A stretch of 63,988 nt of DNA, counting the filler, from Conidiobolus incongruus B7586 (lineage: Eukaryota): assembly GCA_000697335.1 (NCBI GenBank). It is 6 parts of 6 records of this genome, joined end to end, with 100 filler letters (N's around TTAATTAATTAA, not from the genome) between each part and the next. Parts side by side here need not be neighbours in the genome. Positions count along the whole stretch, not along the records: positions 1 to 17,221 come from JNEM01000073.1; positions 17,322 to 28,318 come from JNEM01000078.1; 4 more parts are not named here. One strand, 5' to 3'. A program made the translations under genes and the position numbers. Under the pieces are notes generated by a model that worked only from the letters and a program-made list of their open reading frames with translations, was not told the origin of the DNA and did not search any database. Positions 12,601 through 24,901 of the stretch are shown here, piece by piece; position 1 is the stretch's first letter, and every line of letters begins with the position of its first letter.

Positions 12601-14256
12601 ATGAAATTGAAAACTTGGTGTGGTATAGCTTTCTTTAGTAACATTGTGTATTGCCAAGCAGTGGGACTGAATGATTCCCAATCATTGCATATTGGTATCT
12701 CTCTTACTATAGGAACTAGGTCTCATATCAAGTATTTACTAGAGATTTCCGAGGTACTAAGTCAAAGGGGTCATAAAATATCTTATCTATCAGGAAATGG
12801 AGAGAAAAAATTTGGAAAAAGCTACAATTTAACTCATTACTCCCTTGGCGATTTTCATTTAGATATTGAGAACTTGGATATTCAACCATTCACGAAAAAG
12901 AAGAATTTATTTTCAGGAATGAAAAATATGAGAAAGCAAATGTCTGAAGTGTATAATCAAACTTTCCCGATATATGAAGACTTCTATCACACTCAAAAAC
13001 CAGATTTAATGATTTGCGATTTTATAGCTGCTAGTTGCATTGAATCAGCTGCTAAGCATGCCATTCCAATCATAATTGGTTATCAGTCTTTAAGTTTCAC
13101 TGGAAAAATACCTTATCTCACTATCGGAGGTGGATTGGAGCCTACTACTATTGAGTCTTATTCATTTTTCCAAAGATTCAAGCATGCAATAATTGATCCA
13201 GTTAAAAAATTATACCAACATTACCCACTATTAAATGCTTTCTCTACAGTTAGAGAAACCAATGGCATTCCACATAGCTATGATGCAATAAAATACACGA
13301 ATTTGGGGCTGGGAATAGCAAATTCGTATATTGGCTTGGAAAATCCTAGAAGTATGCCATCTCACATGGTTAATATTGGTCCAATTTTATCTGACCAGGT
13401 GCCATCTTTACCTACTGAACTACAAAATTTCTTGGATACTCGTTCTAAAGTCTTATATATTGCTTTTGGATCCTTAATTCGCTTTGAACATAATTTGTCA
13501 ATTAATATGCTTCAGCATTTCCAAAGATTACTTAACGATGGATGGATAGACGGTATTATCTGGGGAGGAATGGTTAATACCAATTTGGAAAATTTTCCCA
13601 AGACTTATAATGTCGACAATGTGGAATATTCTACAGAATCAATCTTAAACGGCTCCAATGAAAATTTTATATTACTCAAGTGGGCACCTCAAGATTCGAT
13701 TTTAAATCATCCCAGCACCAAATTGTTCATGTCTCATGGAGGCCTTGACAGTACCTACGAATCCATTCATTCTGGTACCCCAATGATAGTTATTCCCTAT
13801 ATCGGAGACCAGCCTAGAAATGCAATGTTGATCACTGAGAATGGAATTGGAGATTACATTGAGTGGCCAACAGATGGTGATGAGGTAATTTATAAAAAAT
13901 TCACCAAGCTTTTGGATCCAAAGAATATAGAATTACAATCAAAGTTATATCAATATCAAATGATCAGTAAGTTGAATAGTAAGCGTAAAATCATGGCAGC
14001 TGATTTAATTGAAACCTATGCTTTGACTGCTAAATCTTGTCGATCCATTAATCCAGCTAAACCTTTTGAAATCCCTTGTGAAGTGAAGCCATTTTTGCCT
14101 TTGGATCATATCATATCTCCGATCAAAGCAAATTTAATTGATGTTTATATTACTGCATCACTCTTGGCTGTTAGTTTAGTTGGTGGAATATTTTACATTA
14201 GTATTCAAACCTTTATCAAATTTTATTCCATTTACAATAAGCAAAAATTAGATTAA
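12601..14256 (+). CDS. UDP-glycosyltransferase (GT1/UDPGT family), copy 4
   Basis: 551-aa intronless paralog. Signal peptide, RSH, signature WAPQDSILNH...HGGLDS...PYIGDQ, TM helix, KQKLD tail. TATATAAA about 40 nt upstream. Confidence 0.95.
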   Translation: MKLKTWCGIAFFSNIVYCQAVGLNDSQSLHIGISLTIGTRSHIKYLLEISEVLSQRGHKISYLSGNGEKKFGKSYNLTHYSLGDFHLDIENLDIQPFTKKKNLFSGMKNMRKQMSEVYNQTFPIYEDFYHTQKPDLMICDFIAASCIESAAKHAIPIIIGYQSLSFTGKIPYLTIGGGLEPTTIESYSFFQRFKHAIIDPVKKLYQHYPLLNAFSTVRETNGIPHSYDAIKYTNLGLGIANSYIGLENPRSMPSHMVNIGPILSDQVPSLPTELQNFLDTRSKVLYIAFGSLIRFEHNLSINMLQHFQRLLNDGWIDGIIWGGMVNTNLENFPKTYNVDNVEYSTESILNGSNENFILLKWAPQDSILNHPSTKLFMSHGGLDSTYESIHSGTPMIVIPYIGDQPRNAMLITENGIGDYIEWPTDGDEVIYKKFTKLLDPKNIELQSKLYQYQMISKLNSKRKIMAADLIETYALTAKSCRSINPAKPFEIPCEVKPFLPLDHIISPIKANLIDVYITASLLAVSLVGGIFYISIQTFIKFYSIYNKQKLD

Positions 14257-17221
14257 AAACCAAATTATTGATGCTTATTTAATAAAGTATATATTATATT
14301 TGTTATTAATTCAAACATCAAATTTATTAATTTATATTTTTCAAGGATTTTATAATATTATAATAACAAATTAAATTATAAAATCTGAAATTTTTATTCA
14401 TTTCAATTTTAATAGTAAAATCTTTTCTAGTACCCTATATATAATATTATTTACAATATTTGTAATTACAATTATATTTTAAAACTTTTGGAATATTTTA
14501 TCTCATTAATGTTAATTTATTTAAAAGCAAAATTATATAAAAGTCAAAATTTAATCTCTAAATTTGAATAAAAGTTAAATTGTAAATCATTAAAACAGAT
14601 ATATTGACAGTTATATTTTCTAAATAAATATTTTATAACATCCTTTGATTTTAATAACTCAATATTTTTCTAATATATATCGAGTTGATTTGGAACTCTT
14701 GAGCGTGTATTTGAAAAATTAATGACATTCAAAAAATTATGTAATATAAATAATAAATTATGAGGAAATTCATCTTTTAAATTTAAGGATATATTAGCAA
14801 TAATCTACAAAACCCTTTCAGTCCAGAGGGTTATTATATTGGATATATAATATTGAAATATTTATTTATTGAATAGGATTTTTTTATAAAAATTTTCACC
14901 TATTTATCTCAAATTGAAATATGAATTTATCGGTACAAGGTTAATATTACTTTAGTAAAAATTTGAAATTTTCACTTTGGAATCGATATAGTAACTTGAC
15001 TTTCTCTCGTTACTAACTTTAAACTTAGATATTGTCAACACAATATTGGTTCATATTTTGACCCGCTTATATATTAATTTAAAGCTTGTCTAGTATCAAA
15101 TAATGCATCAATTATTATTCATTATATCAATATATCATTAATATATCTTGTTGAAACTCATTAAACGTTTTGTTCCAGAATGAAAACATCATTCAATAAA
15201 TACTAAAATCACTAATTTATGGCTTTAGCAGTATAACTTTTATAAGTATAATATTCTGATTATTCTGTTTTTACTTAAATATCAATACCTTGCAAAATAA
15301 AAATTTAATTAATTTATTAATAATTTTTCAGCATTTACGAATATAAAAATAATGGAGGTTATTTAATTTGATTTATATATTTATTTTTGGTTATTGGAAT
15401 ATTTATATCGTATTTCAATTTCAAAATATATTTTAAGAATTCAGTTCAAAGTTGGATCAAGGCAATAAAAATATATAATTTTAATAATATAAAGGTGTCA
15501 ACTGGGATTATATTTTTAAAAAATATTATATGATCTAATGAAGAATTAAAACATGGATTAAAAGATTGGTAACCTTGATAATATTATCCTAATTTTGTTG
15601 AAAAAATTTACACAATATTAAAATCACATTGCAGGTTAGCTCGAGTTGCCAATTTGATTAACTCTACCATTAAGTCAAACTTATCGCTAAAGCCTCAATT
15701 ATGGAGTTTTAATATTAATCTTTGGTATTTAAAAACTATTTCCAATTCAAAATTTATAAATATGGATAAATTTAAATGCTAAAAAGTTTAAAGTTAGGCA
15801 AATAAAGATTTTTTATGATTTATCTAGAGAAATAAGATTAATTTGTAAAATGGATATATTGAATCATTTCTAACTCTAGAAATGAGGAAAATTTGTTTGA
15901 ATCATATATGAGAAAATTATAGATAATATTAAATAATGTTTACAATTTAATTGCTTTACAAAATATTTGACATAACCTAATATTATGACTGCTGATTTCA
16001 ATAAAAACCTTAATTTCATTGCTGTTATGTTAAAAATTGTAGTTTTTAATTATTATTTACAAGCTTATAAAATTGGATCTAATAGGTACAATGATGGAGT
16101 GATAATTTAATTATGAATAAAGTTGTGATTTAATATACTCAATATAAATTAACTATACATTAATGGATAACTCACAGTATAATTATACCTTGAGAATAAA
16201 AAAATGTTAAAAATTAATCAAATAACAATCTTATTATTTCAATCTTTTTAATGGAAAAGGTTCTTAGATTTTAAAATTAATTAATATGTGTATTTTTCTT
16301 TAACTAATAATTATATTGTTGAAGCAGTTATAAATTAATTTTGAACAAAATAGAATGAATTTTACATTAAAATTAATAATATTATAGCTAAAGATAATAA
16401 TTTCATTTATGTAAATATCCATTTGCTTGCTAATAAGGTATATAGTAAGTTATTTTGATATTAATTTATCATAGTTAATATGTGTAATTTAAAAATCACC
16501 AAGTAATTGAGTATATTTTGTTTTTGAATTAATATTCATCTTCAGAATAAAGTTTAATTTTTTTATATTACTTTTGAAATTAAATAACAGAACTTGTACT
16601 GTATTTCAAAAATATCCATCTGTCTAGATTTATTGGTTAAATCCAGATTGCTTCCCATTTATATTTGATCTGTTGGTTTATAATCAAATGATGTTTTTTG
16701 GCTTTTTTAATTAGAATTGATCAAAAACCTATGTCACTCACTGAAAGAATTATTTAATCCAGGAAATGGTAAGGATAGAAAGGATTCTTTTTCCTGGATA
16801 TTATTCTATAAAATCTTAATATTAAGTAAGCTTTAAGATATACAGGATTAATAAATAATTTATTAAATCATATAACAAATACTTTTTTAATAATCATCTT
16901 TGTTTACAAATTTATTGCAAAATATAATATTTGTTTAAATCCTTATTACTCAAAAGAATGGATATATTTGAATTACAACTATATATAAATAATTAATACA
17001 AATATATAAAATTAGCTTAATAATATTAAATAATTCATTTCCATATAATCAATATTTAATTTATAATTCATTATTTTATTTATACCTAAGTTTAATTATT
17101 ACAAAATAAAATAAAATATTTATAAAACTTTGCTTAATATTTTAACTATTAAAAATGATTTAAATTATTTTGATAAAATAAAAGATTCATATTTTATTTA
17201 ATTTTATTATTTTTTGATATA

Positions 17222-17321
17222 NNNNNNNNNNNNNNNNNNNNNNNNNNNNNNNNNNNNNNNNNNNNTTAATTAATTAANNNNNNNNNNNNNNNNNNNNNNN
17301 NNNNNNNNNNNNNNNNNNNNN
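17222..17321. other. Artificial contig linker (44N-TTAATTAATTAA-44N)
   Basis: Exactly 100 nt with a core that has stops in all six frames. Identical at five places in the window. Confidence 0.97.
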
Positions 17322-19153
17322 TATATATATATATATGATTATATGTAGAAAAATTCTTAAATTACTTTGAATATAACAATAATTATTGATTGTTGAAATG
17401 TTTACATATTATTTACAAAATAATGATGAATTAAATTGGTAAACATATTTAAATAATTTAAAAAATTAAATGATTATATTTATGTTCTATTAAATTTAAT
17501 ATTTTTGATTCGTTTTTAAAGAAAATATATGAATCATTCTAGACACTACTATATGCAATCAATATAGTTCTCTTAAAATGAAGTTGTTTAGGTTCTAGTA
17601 TGGATTAAAATTATAAAATACCTTGAAAGAATTATGATTATTACATTAAATTTGAATATAAAATATGTCAATTAATGTTTTATTCAATTATGGTTTTGTT
17701 AGTGTCAAACTTCAAGCACTAAAGATTTTAAAATAATATATATTACAAAATTGTTACTAATATTATTAAATTATCTATAAGCTAGATTTCAAGAATATTG
17801 TTTTAGTAATTTTTGAGCTAAATTATTATAGATAACAAATTGAATATCTTGAAAATATTAGTTTTCAATCTAACTATTATATATGCGATTTTACTCCATT
17901 TATTCACAGTTTAAGTGTTATAGTAATTCAATAGTTAAAATGATATCAACTTACAATAGAGGTAATATCAACTTTGCAAGTGTAACTGATTTTAACATCA
18001 TAATCGTTAAAAATTACACAATATTTTCAACTAAGCCCATTTACTATACTCATTTTCTAAATTAATGATAGAAATTTTTTAATAATGTATCTAAATAAAA
18101 ATACACAAGTATCGGTAATTATTATAGTATCCATGCATAATTTGATATAAATTAATATAAAATTTTTTAGTATTAACTAATGTAAGGTTTTATTAATAGT
18201 ATAGTATCTTGATATTATTGATTATCATTCTATACTCTATTCATCATATTTGTCTAGGAGTTAAATTTAATTATTAAAATGTGATAATGAAAATATTTTG
18301 TGTTTGATGGAGATCTCTAAATTTGTACAAGTTTAGTTGATTTATTTTAAAAAATGCGTTGATATCTTTAATGTTTTATTGCTACAATATTTTTTTATCA
18401 ATTATGTCATTTAGCATACCTAGACTTTTGTAAAAATATTCATATTTAAAACAACTGGTAAAGTAAGAATAATGGTAAGGTAGCTAAATAAAACTATATT
18501 AAGCATAAATTAAGATCAGATTTTTTTAAGTTTAACTGAATTTGACTAATGAAAATATACTTAAAACCATATTGTCAACAGATATAATCTCCTTATATCC
18601 TAATTAATTTTAATTCATTCAAGCCCATATCATTTAATTTTATCTTATTTGTTAAATTGATTAAATGTATATTTCATATTGTTAAATTATAAATTCCAAT
18701 ATTCCGTTTATATTACTAATTTAATATGATAATATTAAAATAAACCATGTTTTTATCTCCTTGTATAAACGGAGATATGTTCAAATGTAAAATAATGTAA
18801 AATTATAATTATAAAGAATAGCGGGTTGATTGATATATAATTTAATATTTAAGTATAATATCAACATGAACAGAATTAGTCAAGATATAACTCCAAATCG
18901 AATGAATATAATTTTGTACTAAAATTTAAAACATGAGTTTATTGAATTATCAAATTTAGAATGTGATTTTTCACAAATATAGTATTCTTCCGATCATATT
19001 TCTCCAAGTAAAAATAATTTAGTTAAATTTAGCTAAATGTTTGTTGATCTTTACACCTCGTCTATTCTTATATCTTTTTAATATATAAGCTCTGAAAAAT
19101 ATGATCAAGAAATACATTATTGTTTAATCTTTAATATCTTAATTTATTCAATC

Positions 19154-19882
19154 ATGAAATTGGCTACTCTTTCTGTAATCTTCTTCTCTCTCAAAGCTTA
19201 CTACTGCTTGGATGTTCTCAATTTGGTCAATGCTAAACGCATTCCCGTCAGTATCCTAAGCTCGGGTAACACTTCTGCTGATAACATTAACATCAGCAAT
19301 ATTCGTCAAACACACGGCACCGGCACTGATGACAACGGCGGCGGAAATCCATCTGATCCCACTGATGTTGGCGACGAAAACGAAGACCGTGGAGATGATG
19401 GTTATGGTGGAGGTCCTTGGGATCCTATTGGTCCTATCATTCCCGGTGGAGGTGATCATCCAGGAAAACCTATAGATATTGGCATCTGTCTTTTACTTGG
19501 TCTTGTAGATTGTGATGACAATGGCGGTGGTTATCCAGGTGACGGTACTGGTGTCGGTGACGAACACAATGATCGCGGCGATGACGGTGATGGTGGTAAT
19601 GGAGGTGATGATTGGTATGACAATGGTAATGATGGCGGAAGTGGTGGAGATGACTGGTATGACCATGGAAATGACGAAGGAGATGGCGGATATCACCATG
19701 GTGGCGATTATGACCATGGAAATCATGGCGTCTATAATGACTCTTATGAAAATGGCGGAGGTAGTTACAACTCTGGTAACCATGGCTATCATGTTGATTC
19801 ACATGGTGACCACGGTAGCAAAGGCTATGATCATAGTCCCTACGCTGGAGGATACTCTGACTATGGTCGTAAAGGCTATTAA
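19154..19882 (+). CDS. Secreted Gly/Asp/His-rich low-complexity repeat protein, function unknown
   Basis: 242-aa ORF forming a GC-rich island in AT-rich DNA. Hydrophobic N-terminus, KR site at about aa 28-29, duplicated DDNGGG...VGDE..DRGDDG and GGDDWYD.GND units. TATATAA about 70 nt upstream. Confidence 0.85.
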   Translation: MKLATLSVIFFSLKAYYCLDVLNLVNAKRIPVSILSSGNTSADNINISNIRQTHGTGTDDNGGGNPSDPTDVGDENEDRGDDGYGGGPWDPIGPIIPGGGDHPGKPIDIGICLLLGLVDCDDNGGGYPGDGTGVGDEHNDRGDDGDGGNGGDDWYDNGNDGGSGGDDWYDHGNDEGDGGYHHGGDYDHGNHGVYNDSYENGGGSYNSGNHGYHVDSHGDHGSKGYDHSPYAGGYSDYGRKGY

Positions 19883-20763
19883 TTTTTATCATATTGACTT
19901 TATTTAATTTGATTCTTTATTACATTGAGAATGAAATATTTAATAAACCAGTTAGATTATATCATTTGAATATCACCAACAGTATTCATATTAAGAAATT
20001 TATTTTTTTTGTATTTAATGATAATAATTTATGAAATTTCATATTCCATGTTATAAGAAAAATTATTACTCTAATTACCTATTTATAAACTGAATGCATT
20101 TATTTTATTCAATTTAATGAAAAATAAGCGATTATAATTAAAGACATAATTTTTGGTAATTTTGGAGATTTTTTACTTGAAAAAATTATTCACATTTTTT
20201 TATTTACATGTTACTTAGATTGAATATAAGACCCAACCTTTGTTTCCTTATATTATGCTGTAAATGGGAATTGGGATCGAACCTTAATAGCTGAAACTAA
20301 AAAATTAAGATAATGACGCAACAGTTTGCTTAATAAGTTGGTCTTTTAATTTATGAGAATAACACAATATTTATTTTAATTCATACATTGACAATTACAT
20401 ATCATGAAAATCTATCTAATTTTATAGAAATTTCAAAATTAACCATAAATATACTATCACAAGTGTTAGTAATATCAATTGTATCAAAAAATCAGAAAAA
20501 TTTCAACAAAATTATTAATGATATTATTTAAATATGTCAATCTCACTTCAAATATACAATTAATCTTAATAAGTTATGATTAAATAGTAATTTTTATTGA
20601 TAGCTTTAATAAATAATTGAAATAATTAAATTTCAAATTAATTAGTCCAGTAAAGCTTAATAATATAATAATAATGTTGGTAGATTCATTGTCAATTGAA
20701 TAATTTTAAAGAATGGATATGTAAATTAATAGAAATGATGGTAATTGAGCAGTCTAAAAATGA

Positions 20764-23700
20764 TTAAACGAGCATACCAGTCTCACTTAAAAAGTTATCC
20801 ATGGAAAATGTACCACTCTTAACTTTAAGATGTGCGAGCTTGGGGTCGAAATCTTTAAGAGTAGTATACATTGGATTAATAATTTCTCCTTTTGACATCA
20901 ATGTATGAAGATAATCTTGGAATGGTTTGTAGAATTTGAAATTAAGACTAGCTTGATCTTTTTGTAATCGTCTCATTTCTTTAATTACTACTGCAACCTT
21001 CTTTTGTTTGTCAAAATTAATTAACTCTGGGTTGTCAGGTAAGTAATTGGGATTGATTTCCTCGATAAATTTGAGATCACTGAGGAATACTCCAAGGAAA
21101 GGAATGCAAGGGCGTGTTGTCTGACCTAATATTTCGCGGTATTTGGCAAAGTTAAGATGGGGATCCATGGTGCGGGTAAGGCGCACTGCGATTTCACGGG
21201 TCTCAGAGTCTACAAGAGCCCACATGGGTGCGAGATCATGGGCTGGGATTGCGTTGAATCCAGCCAAAACTGACATGAGGCCGTTAAAATTGTTCAGAAC
21301 ACGTAAATGAGAACTAAGTTGTACAAAAAATCTGATAATAGCAGCTTTGCGATTATTATTTTTGGAGTCGGTAATGGATTTGGTAACCCAACTGGAAATA
21401 CTGTTAGAAATATACATCAAGGCTTGGATGTGGAAGTTTATCGAGCTAAGTGGCTTCTCCCATTCAATATTTATAAGTTGGCGAGGATCAATATTCTTAA
21501 AATGGAAACTTTCGAGCATAGTCAATTGATGTGCAAACTCAACTGGATGGAGCTCATGAATATCTAATTTCAAACGCTTGACTTTAGTACCCCATGGTTT
21601 ATAGAAGAAGGTGGATTCATCATTGGGTTTTTTTGTGCGACGCTTTAGTAGGGTAATGAAATTGCGTCCTTGTTCTGGTACTACTTTGATCATCACTGTA
21701 TTAGCAAATTCTTCAAGGCGCTCTATCGCTTCAAGTTCGTCATCATGGAAATGGGAATCGAGCCAAATCCACAATACTTCCATAATTCTTTGACGGATAG
21801 GTCCAAGGCGATTCTTGACATAGTCCATTCTCATGTGAGGATGGATCTCACTGGGCGATTCATCTGTGAATCGTTTGATTAACAATTCAAAAAAATTATC
21901 AGTGGTAGTGAATGCTCTGTAAGTAAGTAAGAAGGTTTCAATAAACTCTTGGCTGGGATTCTGGAAAGGGGTTAAGTACTCGATAAGACGAGGGAGTGTA
22001 GCTCCCAAGACAGCCTCGTCATCCAAAACCATATCCGCTTCCCTATAATCCTTCTTGTAAAACCAAGGCTCTTGTTGAATGAAAGCTCCAATGCGATTTG
22101 ATAGATTGAATTGGTGCTGACTACAATGTTGGTCGCAGTTAAATACAGTTAGAAGAGCTGGAGAATTAAGATAGTTCGCAACAGATAAATGCTTAGTTGA
22201 TCTATTGCTACTTCGCTTGCTACTGCGCTTACTAGAACGATCAATTTCAAAACTCTTTTTTGGAACAGGAGGTGCAGGAAGGGGAATTGTGGGCGGGAGA
22301 GGAAGTGGAATATCTGGGGGAGCTGGAACTACATCACCAGATTGCGGTGCAAAGTCTGGACTGGCTGGAATTGGTGGCAATACGGATCTATTCAATGAAT
22401 TCGAAGATTGAGTGTGACGAAGATTTTCTAGACTTTCAGTAGAGGGTTTAGATCTGAGAGGATTTTTAGGTGGAATTTTGAGAGATGGAGCAGATGATAA
22501 ATCGCTAGAGTTAGATTCAAAATTAGTTGATAGACGAGGTGTATCTGATGATTTTGAATTTGCTCGACGCAAAGTAACTAATGTAGATCGCGATGGTACA
22601 GTGTTCAATAAACGACATAATTCCTGAAATGGACATGGTGCTTGAGTGCTTGGAGTTGCCGTGCTTTGGGATGAGAAGCAAGATACTTTAACCATCTCAA
22701 TTTCATTATGCATCTGTAGAAAATCATGTATTGCTTGTTCATTAATGATTAATTTAGAGAGGATAGCAAGTTTCAATAATTCAGAGTGCACTTCGCGACA
22801 TAACTTTCTAATTGGTAAAAATTTACTAAAGTCCAATAATGGTGAAATAGATTGGAGATGGATAACTAGTTGGGCAGTTTTCCAGTATACACTAGCCAAA
22901 ATTGAGTCATATTTTTCAGATAATGAAGTGTTAGAAGTTGAAACACTTATGCTACCGACAACAGTAAGTACCTCTCCAGAGTGATTAAGTAAGGAGGTAA
23001 TATAGCTAATAATCTGTTCATTAATAGGAACAGATTGGTCAACAAAGCTTTCATCGTTGGTTGGTGCAAAACTGGCTGGATTGATTCCTTGGATCTTTGA
23101 AACATCAGAAGAGATAATCAAAATAAGCTGATTCAGTCTGTTGCACAAATCACTTGGACAGTTATCTAACTCTTTGGTATCTTTGGAGCCGCGTCTCAAG
23201 CTGACATTGCCAAACGATGAGGCGATAGGAGAGGGGATTGTATTAAGAGTTCGACAGCGGATGTTAGCCATCTGGCATTTAGACACGAATGATCGACACA
23301 TATTCAAAACCTGTTGAATATGTGACTTTAATCGATCTTTGAAGTCAGGTAAAGGCCATACATTAATTGAGTTGAGTAATAATAAAACAATCTTTCCGAG
23401 GAGATCAACCAATTGTTTATATATATCTTTTAATTCTGGGTGACTAATGAAGAGTGAAGAATTGATATTGGTAATACCAGTGCCTTCAAATAGCTTTTGA
23501 ATAGATTTGATAACTTCTCCTGCATTTGGTAGATATTCTAATTGATTCCCATCATCAATTGATGACTGAAGCTTATTAATAGAAAGAATAACTTCAGTTG
23601 AGAGATTGACCCAAGAAAGATCGGATTGAACTTCCAAGCTATCCAAATTAGCACCAACAGCCGAAGGACGGCGATATTGGCGCGGTATTGCGATAGGATC

Positions 23701-24901
23701 ATAGGTGGCAATTGTTTCACTATCAGCTGAAGAAATAGAAGCAATGGAATCAACTGAGTTTCTGCGGGAAAAAGTTTCAGAATCCTAAAAAATTATTTAG
23801 CCAATAAAGAGAGATCATAATGCTACAATATATACCTTATCTTCATTTACTTTGTAAGCCAAATTAACATCAGATAAATTACCTAGCCAACTATCTGGGA
23901 ATATATAAGTGGATTCATCAGTGATCAATTGCAAATAATATGTTAAAGTTTCACTGGATTCATTAGAAGATAGTGAGGAAGTTGATGAAGTGGAAGAGGT
24001 GGAAGATGTGGAGAGAGATTGTATCGGTAATGACAGAGATTGTTTGATCCAATAATCAGGTAATGGTTTATCATTTTGCAAAAGCTAAACGATAATCGAA
24101 TTTTTTAATATGCTGAAGTAAAGCTCTCAATACGTCTATATACCTTTTCTGGGATAATTTCTGATTTAATTTTTGGAAATAACTCAACTATCCATTCATT
24201 TTCTAACAAACCTTTAGCACCACCTCCAGAGGCTAATGCTTCTTTGAGTTCATTAATATAAGACATATCAATAGAAAAATTAAGTGAAGCAGATTCAGCT
24301 TCAGGAGGAGTGTCTGAAAAATTTGAATGTTTCCGCTTAGAAATAATAGATTGCTCATATGTACTTTTTTTGGATGTCATAATCATTGGGTTACCAATTT
24401 CTAAAGGGGGAGTCTAAAATTTGTCAGATCAAATATTTGGAATTTCGACCAAAGAGTGATTACCTTCAAAGGTGGTGTGGTGACATAGCTTTCAGTTTCG
24501 TTCTCAAGTTTTGATACAAATTTACCTGGAAAAAATCCCTTTGTTGGCTCTATATCAAATGGAAGCCCCATAGGCTGACCTGGAGCAACGGTGAAGTTGT
24601 CCGGATCAAATGAATTCACTAAATGACCTTCCCACCACCCACTCGGAAGTTTATTTGTTACTTTGATATGGTCGCCCTGTTTAAAACTAAGCAGAGTAGG
24701 ATCATCTGTGAGGTGATCACATATGGCAATGTAAATGCAGAGATCAGTTTGAGGAAGAGTGGAGCTTGAGTAATTAGAAGCGAAGGTGTGGTTGGGAAGA
24801 GTTGCAGAGAGAGGAGTGGTTGGAGTAGAAGGAACAGGTGAAGTAGTTGAAGGTGATTTAGGTTTGTTAAATAGAGAATTATTCAGGAACAACGGTTTCA
24901 T
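20764..24901 (-). CDS. Cdc25-like Ras guanine-nucleotide exchange factor (SH3 + REM + RasGEF), 4 exons, about 1325 aa
   Basis: Exons 24901-24464, 24413-24144, 24084-23836 and 23784-20764 join in frame across three phase-0 GT-AG introns of 50, 59 and 51 nt. SH3: LSFKQGDHIKV...SGWWEG...GFFP. REM: GATLPRLIEYLT...FLLTYRAF. RasGEF: FAHQLT, NNFNGLMSVLAG, PCIPFLGVFLSDL, LINFDK. Confidence 0.92.

Noticed and set aside
17266..17277. TTAATTAATTAA repeated five times as a biological repeat or CRISPR-like element
   Set aside because: Always centred between two runs of exactly 44 N, so it is a synthetic linker.
19256..19907. Four overlapping alternative-frame or antisense ORFs (His-rich, Met-rich, Ile/Thr-rich)
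   Set aside because: Shadows of the repetitive GGT/GAT/CAT codon usage of the 19154-19882 gene, with no independent coding evidence.
20262..20330. GGGATCGAACC (reverse B-box) as a tRNA gene
   Set aside because: No cloverleaf or A-box recoverable. At most a very old relic.
21307..23753. Several short ORFs inside the RasGEF
   Set aside because: Antisense or off-frame shadows of a well-supported gene.
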